A DNA stretch of 63,638 bases, the filler included, from Nemertoderma westbladi (lineage: Eukaryota; Animalia; Xenacoelomorpha): NCBI GenBank assembly GCA_032718475.1. It is 3 parts of 3 records of this genome, joined end to end, with 100 filler letters (N's around TTAATTAATTAA, not from the genome) between each part and the next. Parts side by side here need not be neighbours in the genome. Positions count along the whole stretch, not along the records: positions 1 to 30,188 come from JAUCBJ010003707.1; 2 more parts are not named here. One strand, written 5' to 3'. The notes under the pieces are model-generated. The model worked only from the letters and a program-made list of their open reading frames with translations. It searched no databases and was not told the origin of the DNA. Below, in pieces: positions 11,134-22,312 of this stretch (its first letter is position 1; the number at the start of each line of letters is the position of its first letter). Position numbers and translations under genes: made by a program.

Positions 11134-13045
11134 CGATGATAGAGATATCGGAGATATCGTCCAGGAATGCCGACATTTCGAGGAAGCTGGGATCTCGATC
11201 TGGATGTCTGTGCCGGAGATCTACGCATTTATAGGCCCACTTACTTTGCAGCCATCCGGGGAACTTCCGGGCGATCTGTCGGAGGTTTAGAATGTTGTTC
11301 ACCTGGTCCTCCTTATTTAAGGGTTTCAGAGTGTAGTAGGCATCCTTCATGGAATCTGAAATTTCCTGGAGGTTCTGTGGGTCCCCTAGTGATCCCGCGT
11401 CTTGTATCAGTTTCTCTAGAGTTTTATTAATTATAGTCCCGGTATTTCCGTATCTTTTGTCTAGAGTTTTCCATGCGTCGTAGTATGCTTCATGAGAACC
11501 TCCCTCAAAACATGCAATAATTCGGCGTGGTTTGTCACCCAGGTATTGCGATAGATATACCAGTTTCTGTGCGTCGGCTATGTCCGTTGATCCAATCTGC
11601 GCAAAGAACCGTTTCTTGAATCTGAGGTAATCGACGGGATCTCCTTCGAATGTGCGGATCTCCATCTTGGGCATGGAGAGGCGGTTTTCCAATGCCCGGA
11701 TAATGCCGACGTCGTCTGAACTGGAGTGACTCGGAGGGTTATAGTTATTGGCACTCACTCCCATACTCGATGGATCAATTATAGGTGGAGTTTTAATGAT
11801 GACGCGACTACGGGTTTGTGGTGTGGACGTAAATGGGTTGTTGGATCGGGGGGTGGCGTCCCGTTCCGAGTCCCTTTCAGGCTCGTACTTGGGTACACTC
11901 GTTGCCGTGGGGTTGGATGGGAAATACGGTTCCTCATTTTTAAGCGTAACCGGTGGGGGATGGAACACTGGTGCTTGTGCCGATAACGTAGACTGTTTGG
12001 TAGGCGGAATCTCGGGTTTCGGAAGTTTCGCCGCTGTCGGTATAAATGACTTCTCTAATTCCGGTACCGGGATTGGTTCATATTCCTGATCTATATCCCT
12101 TTCCCAGTCCTCGTAGAGTTGAATATCTCGTTCTATGAGTGCGGCTTCGTATTCCGCGAGTTTTGCAATATCCGCATTCTTTTTGTGGATGAGAATCGCT
12201 TGGGCCTCGGCGTGTTGTTTACGCATTTCTGCTTCCCATTTACGTTGTTCGATCTCCCGTTCGGCCTCTCGTCCACGTTGTTCAGCCTCCTGTTTGCGTT
12301 GTTCGGCCTGCCGTTCGGCCTCGCGTTCACGTTGTTTAGCCTCTCGCTTGCGGTGTTCCGCCTCCTGTTCGCGTTGTTCAGCCTCCTGTTTGCGTTGTTC
12401 GGCCTGCCGTTCGGCCTCTCGTCTATGTTGTTCCGCCTCCTGTTCGCGTTGTTCGGCCTGCCGTTCGGCCACTTGTTCGGCCTCTCGCTTTTGTGTTTCG
12501 GCGGCTAATACATCTTGCTCGGCTTGCAGTTGGATATACTCATCTTCCATCCGAGCTTTGAGGGCTAATGCCTTCCGTTCTCGCAGTTGGTCTCGGAGTG
12601 GCGGCCCCCTTTGAGAACTGCGCGCTGAGCCGGATATCTCGCTCCTAGCGCTGGAGTGCTGATTTCTAGAGGACCCCGTTCTCTTTCGATGTACTGCTGT
12701 CCTGATGCTGGAGGATCGTACTGATTCCGCGTCTGTTCTTTCAGCCCTCTTGTAGTACTGTTCTTCATAGCCTCTCACAAGGCTGAGGGTCCTCCGGTGT
12801 TGTTTGCGGAACCCATCTAGATGTACAACGTGTTCTTCTAACTTGGGGTAGTTTTCCTGATCGGTGGAGGGAACGAGCTCTTGGTACGCCTGTATCATTC
12901 TTTCGTACCGCTGTAGGATATTTCGGATACTTTGAAGCTGAGTTTGTACCTCATTGAGGGGGGTTTTGACTCCCTTGAGTTGTTTCTCCATCCGTTGATA
13001 CGCTCGGGTTACTCCGCCTTTGAGAGCCCCTAGCCGACGGGTCAT
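11126..13045 (-). CDS. gag: BEL/Pao Gag (DUF1759-like) with repetitive coiled-coil insert
   Basis: LSMPKMEIRTFEGDPVDYLRFKKRF...KLVYLSQYL...AWKTLDKRYGN; EAERQAEQR-type repeats at ~12230-12500. Confidence 0.9.
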   Translation of the reverse strand: MTRRLGALKGGVTRAYQRMEKQLKGVKTPLNEVQTQLQSIRNILQRYERMIQAYQELVPSTDQENYPKLEEHVVHLDGFRKQHRRTLSLVRGYEEQYYKRAERTDAESVRSSSIRTAVHRKRTGSSRNQHSSARSEISGSARSSQRGPPLRDQLRERKALALKARMEDEYIQLQAEQDVLAAETQKREAEQVAERQAEQREQEAEQHRREAERQAEQRKQEAEQREQEAEHRKREAKQREREAERQAEQRKQEAEQRGREAEREIEQRKWEAEMRKQHAEAQAILIHKKNADIAKLAEYEAALIERDIQLYEDWERDIDQEYEPIPVPELEKSFIPTAAKLPKPEIPPTKQSTLSAQAPVFHPPPVTLKNEEPYFPSNPTATSVPKYEPERDSERDATPRSNNPFTSTPQTRSRVIIKTPPIIDPSSMGVSANNYNPPSHSSSDDVGIIRALENRLSMPKMEIRTFEGDPVDYLRFKKRFFAQIGSTDIADAQKLVYLSQYLGDKPRRIIACFEGGSHEAYYDAWKTLDKRYGNTGTIINKTLEKLIQDAGSLGDPQNLQEISDSMKDAYYTLKPLNKEDQVNNILNLRQIARKFPGWLQSKWAYKCVDLRHRHPDRDPSFLEMSAFLDDISDISIIDE

Positions 13046-13518
13046 GTTCTTGACGTTGGTACCTCGTCGGCTTCCGAGTCTGTGTGGTGATCCATCTCGT
13101 CGGTATCGGATACGTTATTTGTCGTCATTGTAACGCCTCGTCGATAGCTAGATACGCGATGTTATAAAACAGTTCCTCGTAGGTATTGTACTCAGCTTGG
13201 ACCACCCGAACGGTAATCCTGAATCGTCCGACGTTCGTTCCTTGTACTTCAACTTCGACGTGCCAGATTCCTGGCTCAACTTGGATTATATCAATGGGTG
13301 TGATCGATACTTCCATTCCCTGTTAACAACTCTCCAAATATGTGATCTGCCGACTACGAGTTGGTTAGATCGAGTTTGTTGATTAATTAAACCACGACTT
13401 CGTCTTAACTCAAATACCAGAGTTTCCTCGTAGTGGGTGCTGGCAAGCACGTAGAGAGTTTTGAAGAGTATTGAAGGATTCTCAACTTCCACCAGTTGAA
13501 GTTGGCCGCGTTTTACTC

Positions 13519-13606
13519 TCAATTTTGACACCCTGTCAAAATTGACCGTAATTATTCTCAATTTTGACACCCTGTCAAAATTGACCACATGAATTATTCT
13601 CAATTT
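13519..13606. repeat. Tandem palindromic repeats adjacent to the 5' LTR
   Basis: Two full copies and one partial copy of CAATTTTGACA-CCC-TGTCAAAATTG (perfect 11-bp stem). Confidence 0.85.
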
Positions 13607-15401
13607 TGTTGCCGTTATCCCAACACCAGGGGGGAAAAACGCCGATGCTGGAGACGTGACTTTACAGACCACCGAGCCCCGGCCAGTCACCGGATATTGA
13701 TTGTGGAGAAGGAATGATTTCTGAGATGCAGGTTGCGGTTGAGAAAAAGCTGCATTAGTTGGATATACTCTTTAATGTAACTGAACTCTGTTGAACCTGA
13801 TTGAGAATAATTTTGGGCTTCCCCAAATCAATATACACCAAATATTCACAATAATTATACACGACAATATAAATCCCTACAGTATATTATTTAATTACCC
13901 ACTGTTTGCTCAGATTTTAGCCTAACTAATGCTCCCCAGATTTTCCCTCGGTCCTAGTCTTGATGCCGTAGTGTCGGTGTCGGTCGACCCTGTCGCGTGT
14001 CCGTTCCACCCCTCCCGAACCCCGAAGGGAACGATCATCGAGAACCAGCACGGCTTGGCTAAGGGTCGGTTCAGTCGGTAGACTCTGTCGCGTATCCGTA
14101 CCACCCCTCTCGAACCCCGAAGGGATCGGTCATCGAGAACCAGTACGGCTTGGCTAGGAGTCTGTCGTGTCGGTGGACCCATTCGCGTGTCCGTCCCACC
14201 CCTCACGAACCCCGAAGGGTTCGATCATCGAGAACCAGTACGGCTTGGCTAGGGGTCCGTCGGTTCATCGCAGAAACCCAACCACCTAGGCTTTCCGAGT
14301 CCCTTTCAGGCTCGTAGTCGCTTCAGCAGCCGAGAAACTGCTCCGAACAGTCGGTAGGCCAGTAGAGTCTAGTCCTTTGTCTTTTGACCCCGTCGCGTGT
14401 CCGTCCCACCCCTCATGAACCCCGAAGGGAACGATCATCGAGAACCAGTACGGCTTGGCTAAGGGGTCTGTCGTCGGTCCCGTCGCAAATCCCTGGTACA
14501 AGCAGTCAGCGTTCCGAGTTCTTTTCAGTCTCGTAATAACTGCTGTTGACCAGAGACCGCTAAGGGCAGTCCTCGTCAAACCCTTCTTCTGTAAGTCGGC
14601 CGCCCTTTCGCATGTCCATCCCACCCCTCGCGAACCCCGAAGGGATCGGTCATCGAGAACCAGTACGGCTTAGGTAAGGGGGCTGTCGTTGCCCGTCGCA
14701 AATCCCTGACACAAGCAGTCAGCGTTCCGAGTTCTTTTCAGTCTCGTAATAGCTGCTGTTGACCAGAGACCGCTAAGGGCAGTCCTCGTCAAACCCGTCC
14801 TGTGGCCAGCCCTTTCGCATGTCCATCCCACCCCTCGCGAACCCCGAAGGGATCGGTCATCGAGAACCAGTACGGCTTAGCTCAGGGGGCAGTCGTTAGT
14901 CGGCCACCCTTTCGCATGTCCGTCCCACCCCTCGCGAACCCCGAAGGGATCGGTCTTCGAGAACCAGTACGGCTTAGCTACTAAGGGGGCTGTCGTTTCC
15001 CGTCGCAAATCCCTGACACACGCAGTCAGCGTTCCGAGTTCTTTTCAGTCTCGTAATAACTGCTGTTGGCCAGGGACCGCTAAGGGCAGTCCTTGTCCTT
15101 TAGGCCTGGCGCATTACCAAATCCACCCCTACAGGCAGCAGGAAGTTGGCCAGGGCCTAATAGTACTCAGGCTAACCTGAATACTGCTTGAATTTTCCAT
15201 CCCCCCCCCTGGCCCTTATAACTATGAAATTATTCCCGTACCCTGTAAGTTGCCCCAAAGTTCGCCCATAAATCGCCCCCAGTTTATAGAATGTGCCCAA
15301 AACCCATGGTCCCACACCCAGTAGTAATATCGGAATAATCATTTTAAATTAATACAAAAAATATTCAACTCGCGTTATGGAAAGTTGAAATACCGCGAAC
15401 A
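13607..15401 (-). repeat. 5' LTR (1795 bp) with an internal array of seven ~60-nt structured modules
   Basis: TGTT...AACA ends with the TSD directly outside; plus-strand module CCACCCCTCNCGAACCCCGAAGGG...TCATCGAGAACCAGTACGGCTT at ~14005, 14100, 14195, 14405, 14620, 14826, 14923. Confidence 0.9.
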
Positions 15402-16789
15402 ATTTCATCTTACTGTAGCCACGTATTTATAATATGATACGGACAGTAAGGAAGGAGAAAAAGAATTATTTCTCGCCGTTGCACTAAATATATAATGTTA
15501 AGTAATTAAGTAATAAACACAAATATATATCCCAGTGAAAAATACGTATGTGGAACGCATTTGTCATACGACGAATTCACACATGCGCAGCGCATTATGA
15601 AATGACACAGGGTTGGCTTACATGTTCCAAATGTGTCTTTGCACATGGCAAACATATCCCCAAAGCAATATAATTTTGACAGATGCGAAACGCATATGTG
15701 TTTGCAAAGGCTTTTCACACTTGCACATGGAAAACAAACCCGCTAACCAGTAGATTCCACAGATGCGAAACAAATGCGTGTTTGCGAAGGCTATCCAAAC
15801 TTGTTACAACTTGGGACATGTTTGAAACTGATGTGTATACACGTATAAGTAACCCATTAGTGGATTACATATTGTTTCCAAAGCAGAATTTTGTTCACCT
15901 TTCTCAAATATTTTATAGTCGAGGAAAGACAGTGAGAGAAATATAACAAATTACATTGATTTTAAAAAACATTATCATATTCAAAATTTAATGTTTAAGA
16001 ATAATTGTACTTCGTAACAATCGTTTAAAATGAACCGAAATAGAAATAATAAGAAAGTAACAACTATTTAATGAACTGTAAAACAATAAAATAGGCTTTT
16101 ATTCTTAAATTGTTACTTTTCGCTAAAATATAGGCCTACATATAGGCCTAAATCGGCAGAAAAGGAGTACATTTCTTCCCCAGGAAAAAAAGAAACCCAT
16201 AGGATTGCATTGATTTTATTTTTTCCCGGCGAAAAAAGTATAATAGAATATTTTGGTGGAATTTCTTAAACTTTATTACGTGGTGTTGATAGAGCATCGA
16301 CGTAGAAAAGGTTTGCATTAAACGGAATAAATATAAATATTCGAGAACACTCGAGAACAATTATTTAACATGAGTACGGCAACATTAGGAGTTGAAGAGT
16401 TCAGTAATAAGAATCGCAGTAACTATGGAAGCAAAATAGTTAAATACTGCAGTTCAATTTATTTTGTACCACTACTAACTGTACTGTACACAGTATATCG
16501 CTACAAATATTTAGAAACAAAAAAAGTACCAATTTAAGAATAAAATTACGTATTACGGAAAAAACTTTTTGAAAAAAACATATTTTTCAATATTTTTTCT
16601 CTATTCATTATGAATTCGTTCAAAAGACTACAAAATTCGAATAACACAAATCAAACCGGCCTTCTACTACAAGTACAAACAACTATATAACATCATATAA
16701 AATGGATAACATTCTACATCAGATTCAACAAAATAATTAAACCATCATATAACAATTTAACATTGTGGACATGAATTTCATCGCCTGAG

Positions 16790-19003
16790 TCATAATCCCT
16801 CTTCTAGCAAGTTATCTAGGACATCCAGGTCGGAAGATAAACCATCAACATGGGTTTGAGAATCTTCAGCTCGTTGCTCTGCAAGAGTATCAGGTACCGG
16901 TACATCATCTCGGATATCATTCCCCGGGCTCTCCACAATGATATCAGCCTCAGCTAAATATAAAATGTATATATGTATTAATTAATTAATCAAATATTTT
17001 AGGGGGGGGGGGGGGGGGGGGGTAACACTAGCCTTTAAAAGTGCCCTGGAAATTTTCAAGCATATATTACTCATCAACGCGCGTTGTGTAGGTCAGATGT
17101 CTGGGAAAAATCTGGTTTCCGTGGCAATTTTGTAACGATAACATTTGTAACGATAAGTATTATATGTAAGTATATGTAATAAATATGTATGGTATATAAT
17201 ATAAAAGTATATGCAAAAATTCAAGGTATTACGACTTGGGACCAATCCCTATCCCTTCCCCCACTACATGACTTATTCTGCATCCAAATTACATTGTTCT
17301 ATTTTTCAGTTTCCATGACAACCGTTGCAAACAGACGTTTTGATACAAGAATCGTTAATTCGGGCATAAACTATACAATAAAATGTTCTGAAACTTTATT
17401 TGCATCATAGCTGGAACAAGAACCCACAAGCTGGAACATTTTGTAAATTTCAAAACGTTCCAGAAATATCTAGTTACCATGGTAACTGGGTATTTGTGGT
17501 AAATATCGAGACTTGAAAAATATCGCGATCAAAAAATATCGAGAGTAAAAATATCGCAAAATATAGAAAAATATAAGACACAAACTGACACAAACTATGA
17601 AACAAGCAATTTATAAAAACTACTAAAGTAAAGTTAATGTCCTTACCTTTAGGTAAACGTCGTTTGTCGATATAGCAGCGGTGTGCTTTCATTAGTGCCT
17701 GCTCAATTATATATTCGTTGAATCCTGGTGATTTTGAATTTACAGAAATTAGAGCTTTTAATACACCCAATTTAACTAGGGAATATTTGGCCCCACCAGG
17801 ACCAGCTAAAGCGCCATGACTTTTTCCTGTCATTGAACATTGCAGCCCAAATTCTCGGGTAATGAGACGCTGCATTTGGCGACTAACTGTCGCTCGCAGA
17901 TTAGGTCCCCCAAGTGATAATAAGTGTTTCTCGATATTGCCATTGGATAGTAAACTCGCTAATTCCTCTTTCGAATTCGCTGGCCCAGGAAGCGCTGATG
18001 ATCTACCTGTATTCTCCGCTCCCCCACAGGTAGTATGTTTCTTAATATTGTCCTTCATTCTACCAACTTGAATTCCGAGGCTAATAATATCATTTCGGTT
18101 GTTATAACTTAGAGCGAAATTAGCCTCAGCTAGTTGTCGATCAGACATGGTCTTAATATTGAGAGATGTAGACCCAGACAACCTACGATATTCACTCAAT
18201 GTAGGAGAAGTATCACTAGTACTGCTGGGAGCAGCTGATATTGAATTCCTTAATTGACGCATATAAACATCATCATTCGCTGGTAATACTGGCGATGACA
18301 CAGTGGGTGTCGAAATTCCAGCATTCGCAGAAAGGACTGCCCCTCCAGTAAGTCCATTTTCAGAAGTAACGGATGGCAGATTGGGCCTGGCAATATTAAA
18401 TACGGGAAGAGATGGTGATGGTGAAGTTAAGAAACACTCTGGATCGATAGCAGATTCCAATCGATTGGTCGCAGTACTATTATTAGATAATGGTGTAAAT
18501 GGAGGAACTGGATTAGGCCGCGAAAACATTGATTGCGGCTGCTGAGAACCTGCATTTGAAAGTGATAACACTGGGTGCGGTCGTTTGAAGTTACCACTAC
18601 CGGTAACACATTCATCGTCATCAGATGAGGGAATTGCCGGCCCAATGCTCTTATAGGAGCTAAATCGAAGTCGTTTGGTACGCGGTGCCGAATCGTCAAT
18701 TACCGTCATCATACGCGGTGTAACCTCATATATCTGTCTAAACTTATAGCCATTGGCCTTCATTTCCCTAGCCTTATTAAGAACAGCAACATAATTCGCA
18801 TCGTTCAGGTCGCCATGAGTTAAAACATCGCACGTATATATATTGCCTTCACCGCCATAATTGACTCTGTAGGTACTAGGTGCACCATTGACTCCCGTTG
18901 CAGGGCAAATATGATCGTAGTCACACACCTCTCTTTCCAAGTCCACAGAAAAGAATTGTTTATCTTTCTTATAATATACAATAGCGTCGCTAATTGAAAA
19001 CAT
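16790..19003 (-). CDS. Transposon second gene, DUF4806-like; two exons (19003-17647, 16953-16790)
   Basis: LLSLGGPNLRATVSRQMQRLITREFGLQCSMTGK motif; donor AAAG|GTAAG at 17647 and acceptor TTTAG|CTGAG at 16953 join in frame to an acidic tail (AEADIIVESPG...LLEEGL*). Confidence 0.7.
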
Positions 19004-19333
19004 TGTACCAGTTGAATATAAATGAACTTAAGCAAACAAACAATTAAAATAGCAGTGTATGTATAGTTTTGAGTTTCAGATAGTGTATAGGCAGATTACG
19101 GGTAGAATATAAATTCCAGAGAATTGTGTCTGACAATGATAAGAAATTTTAAACATGAGCCATAGAGTGAGCCATATTTAAGAATCGTATAAAGTCATTA
19201 TATATTTAACAAATTCTATTATCTGAGAAACAAAATCATGACATATAAAAAGATAGTGGTATATACATTGATTAAGCAACAAAGTCGTTACCTATGTATT
19301 TATCAAATAATATTATCAAGGCAAGGATGCTAT

Positions 19334-21287
19334 TTAATTACACAGAACTGATATATATAATATATCACTAAGTGGCAATTCTTTATCAGGAAATGGCATA
19401 CATATACACCAACGGTAGTTTCCTTTTGTGATGGAAACAGAAGAAACAGTGGTGCCTCTTCTAAAGAAACCCTCTCCATATCCACGACTGCTGCATGGTG
19501 TATGGTAAGCATCATCGATCAATTCGAGCTGAAAACCAGAAATCACAGTCACAGTTTCAGTATCCTTCCTCGTCTTTGCAATTAGTACCCACAAGTTTCT
19601 ATAAGGAAATATATACAGTTTCCTTTTCTAGGAGTAATTTCTTTAGATTTTATCAAGTTTGGTATTGAATACTGTGCAGCTACCTTCGACCTCATATGTT
19701 TGTTAACTGTCTCTTGTAATATTAAGTCTATTCTCTTAGAATTTATTCCACGTTTTAATTCAGACAAATAACTTTCGCAGTTATATGAATCAACATATGT
19801 ACATTAAATGTGTAGCCGGCTTTAGTGTAGAGGTCACCAATTTCGCTGTGAAATTGTAACAGTAGGCGCTCAGCAAAATCTCTATATTCAGATTGAACAA
19901 CAAGTTCCTTTGAGACAAGAATTCTTAGAGCAACATGCAGCCTCATTAAGTGATTAAAATACATAGTGGGTAGAAAGTCTTTCATTAAAGGACTAGCATA
20001 CAATATAAACGAACGTAATTCAGTGGCTTTGTATTGTTTGACATAATCAAAACTTCTCAACGGCCGATTGAAAATAAGGGGCATTCGCACGCCAAATGCA
20101 TTTAGTATTGCATTGATCTCAACACATCTGGTTGGTCTGATGGCACAAGGCAAAGGGGCTAAATGATTACAACTTGAACTTCTTGAAACCCATGATAAAA
20201 TGAGTTGTTTAGTGACACCCAAGCACAAAGAATGCATATATTCGGGTGGAACACAAGACGATAAACCAAGCCTTGGAATAAACCGCAAAGGAGACAATCT
20301 AAGTTGGTGATTAACATCGGTTATTTGGTTGTAATGACTGTCCAGCCTACAAGCAAATCCACTTCCTGGAAAAATAACTTTCCTAAAATCATGAGAATAT
20401 TCTCCAGGAATAAAACAGTAAGGGCAACAGTAATATCCAGAATGTGATTTTATTCCTAAAAGCATGCTTCGGGCTGGCGTATCAGCTAAAATGAGTTTAA
20501 TATCTATATTGAATTCAACCACATATGAAATAAACTGTTGTAAATATTCATCTAAATCGTTTGGCTTGCTTTTACCTAACCATAATGATATGACAAATGG
20601 CTTACTATGATCTTGGCAATGTTCAGCTCCCAAAATTGGCCATAGTGCTGTATTAGATGATCTTGATAAGGGTAATCCATCAATACTAACATCCAACTTT
20701 AACAGGTGGTGTTCATTTGGAACTCCAAAGAAAACCATTTGACCTCCAGCACAAGGAATTCTCTGTAGCGATCTCTCCGCGGCGTTTAGGTGATGACATC
20801 TCAAAGTAGTGACAGAAGATGGAAGGTGCTGGAAACCCCTTTTACGCAGCAATAATAGAAGAGATGATAAAGCTCTATCTGATACTGAGCTATATTGGGC
20901 TGCCCACTGCAAAAGATCACAACAAAAATTATCACTTAGGTTGCAAGATCTGGAGGGAAATGTACCGTCATCAGTCAGTTCAGATTCAGATGCATTAGAA
21001 TTAGAGGAACTGCTTTCAGTTTCAGAATGACTGCTGCTACTATCACTAATAGTACTTGTTTGCAAGTCATCATCATCAGTAGGTCTACTGGAAGTAGAAG
21101 AACTAATGTTTGCACTGATGCTCATGCTCCCATGGTTATCTTCAAGTATCGCGCATACTGGTATCTCACTTATATTTCCATATTCTCTACTGTCATGGCC
21201 ATGGTGATGTCCTATACCAGTAATATGAGATAATTCAAATGCTATTTGATGTTTCCTTTTGCGATATTCCTGCGATCTAGAAGTCAT
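19334..21287 (-). pseudogene. EnSpm/CMC-type DDE transposase with frameshifted, partly deleted C-terminus
   Basis: VSIDGLPLSRSS..LWPIL, ADTPARSMLLGIKSHSGYYCCPYC, PEYMHSLCLGV, KATELRSF, FNVHMLIH; the expected GPL...F.FE segment is absent; continues in other frames (19582-19767, 19334-19594). Confidence 0.8.
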
Positions 21288-21504
21288 GACGGAGTAAAGA
21301 AATATCTAAATAATGATATTCTCAAATATTGCAGAATACTAGTCTATACAGCTATCTATGGAATTGTATTATTGACATCAAAGTATGAAAACAATAAGAA
21401 AGTAAATGTGGTAGAGTTAGAGTTAGAGTATAAACAAACACCGACATAAGAAACACATTTACACATAATTTGAGATGGACTTGCACATGAGCATAAATGC
21501 ACCA

Positions 21505-21915
21505 GCATAAAAGCATAAATGTAAAGTTCTTACTGTAGGAAGTTCTAATGTACCAGATGCAATGTATTCAATTAATAACTATGCACTTGAAAATGTGTCA
21601 TCTTTCCGTGATTTAGGAGTAGAAGTTGATAGTAAGTTATATTTTGCAAATCACATTGATTTAATAACTAAAAAGTGCTATAAAGTAATTAATTGTTTAT
21701 TTAGGTGTTTTTCCACTAACGACTGTGAAGCTATTTTATTTGCCTATAAAGTGTATGCAAGGCCGATTTTAGAATATGGTAGTGCAATATGGAACCCTTT
21801 TTGTAATTCAAAACCTTTTCTTGGCCTAACAGACAAGCTTGAGTCGGTCCAAAGATATTTTACCCGTAGGTTATTCCACCGGTGCTATTTAGATACTGAT
21901 GCTTGTTACCTAATG
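21505..21915 (+). mobile_element. Non-LTR retrotransposon (LINE) ORF2 C-terminal fragment
   Basis: KCKVL...RDLGVEVDSKLYFANHI...YKVYARPILEYGSAIWNP...LESVQRYFTRR, typical of CR1/L2/Jockey-group post-RT regions. Confidence 0.85.
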
Positions 21916-22109
21916 TCAACGGCGGTTTGCCGATGTTGGTCCACAGGCAAATTGGCGCTGTGTTTTTAGTATCATTGATGTAAAAAACCAAGATAATTTG
22001 TTTATAGATAGATTGCCCTACCACATGAGATGAAATGTCTACATTTTATACTGTATTTTCCTCCAGTTATAACTTTGAGTATAGTTATACTGTATATGTA
22101 TACTTTCTT

Positions 22110-22312
22110 TGTACAGTCTGACCGTGTCAGTCTGCATTCATTACTTTATACATACTTCTGACCGTGTCAGTCTGCATTCATTAACTTTATACATACTTTG
22201 TACAGTCTGACCGTGTCAGTCTGCATTCATTAACTATATACATACTTTGTACAGTCTGACCGTGTCAGTCTGCAGTCATCACTTTCAATTGCCCGTCTGA
22301 CCGTGTCAGTCA
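22110..22312 (+). repeat. ~40-50-bp tandem repeat, probably within the 5' LTR/UTR of the second BEL element
   Basis: Five copies of CTGACCGTGTCAGTC (small hairpin CTGAC/GTCAG). A possible LTR start TGT at 21979 is unverified. Confidence 0.75.

Larger units (their letters stand above)
4225..15401 (-). mobile_element. Non-autonomous BEL/Pao LTR retrotransposon carrying extra exonuclease and zinc-knuckle ORFs
   Basis: Termini TGTT (4225) and AACA (15401); 5-bp TSD ATTTC at 4220-4224 and 15402-15406; 1.3-kb direct repeats at offset 9382; BEL-type gag, protease and integrase C-terminus on the minus strand. Confidence 0.9.
15531..21480 (-). mobile_element. EnSpm/CACTA-like (CMC) DNA transposon; right end not seen
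   Basis: Candidate terminus CCCAG at 15531 with subterminal repeats (CAGATGCGAAAC...GTGTTTGC); transposase and second gene in tandem on the minus strand. Confidence 0.65.

Noticed and set aside
12119-12614. Plus-strand Cys/Ser/Arg-rich ORFs
   Set aside because: Antisense shadows of the gag coiled-coil repeats.
13990-14985. LTR modules as HDV-like, hammerhead or twister ribozymes, or as SECIS elements
   Set aside because: CCACCCCTCGCG and GGCTAAGGG resemble HDV only superficially and the P3/P1 pairings cannot be formed; there is no CUGANGA/GAAA hammerhead core; the stem is too short and lacks the apical AA of a SECIS.
15197-15212. G-tract followed by TG (minus strand) as PPT and LTR start
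   Set aside because: No TSD there; the end at 15401 has AACA and the matching ATTTC TSD.
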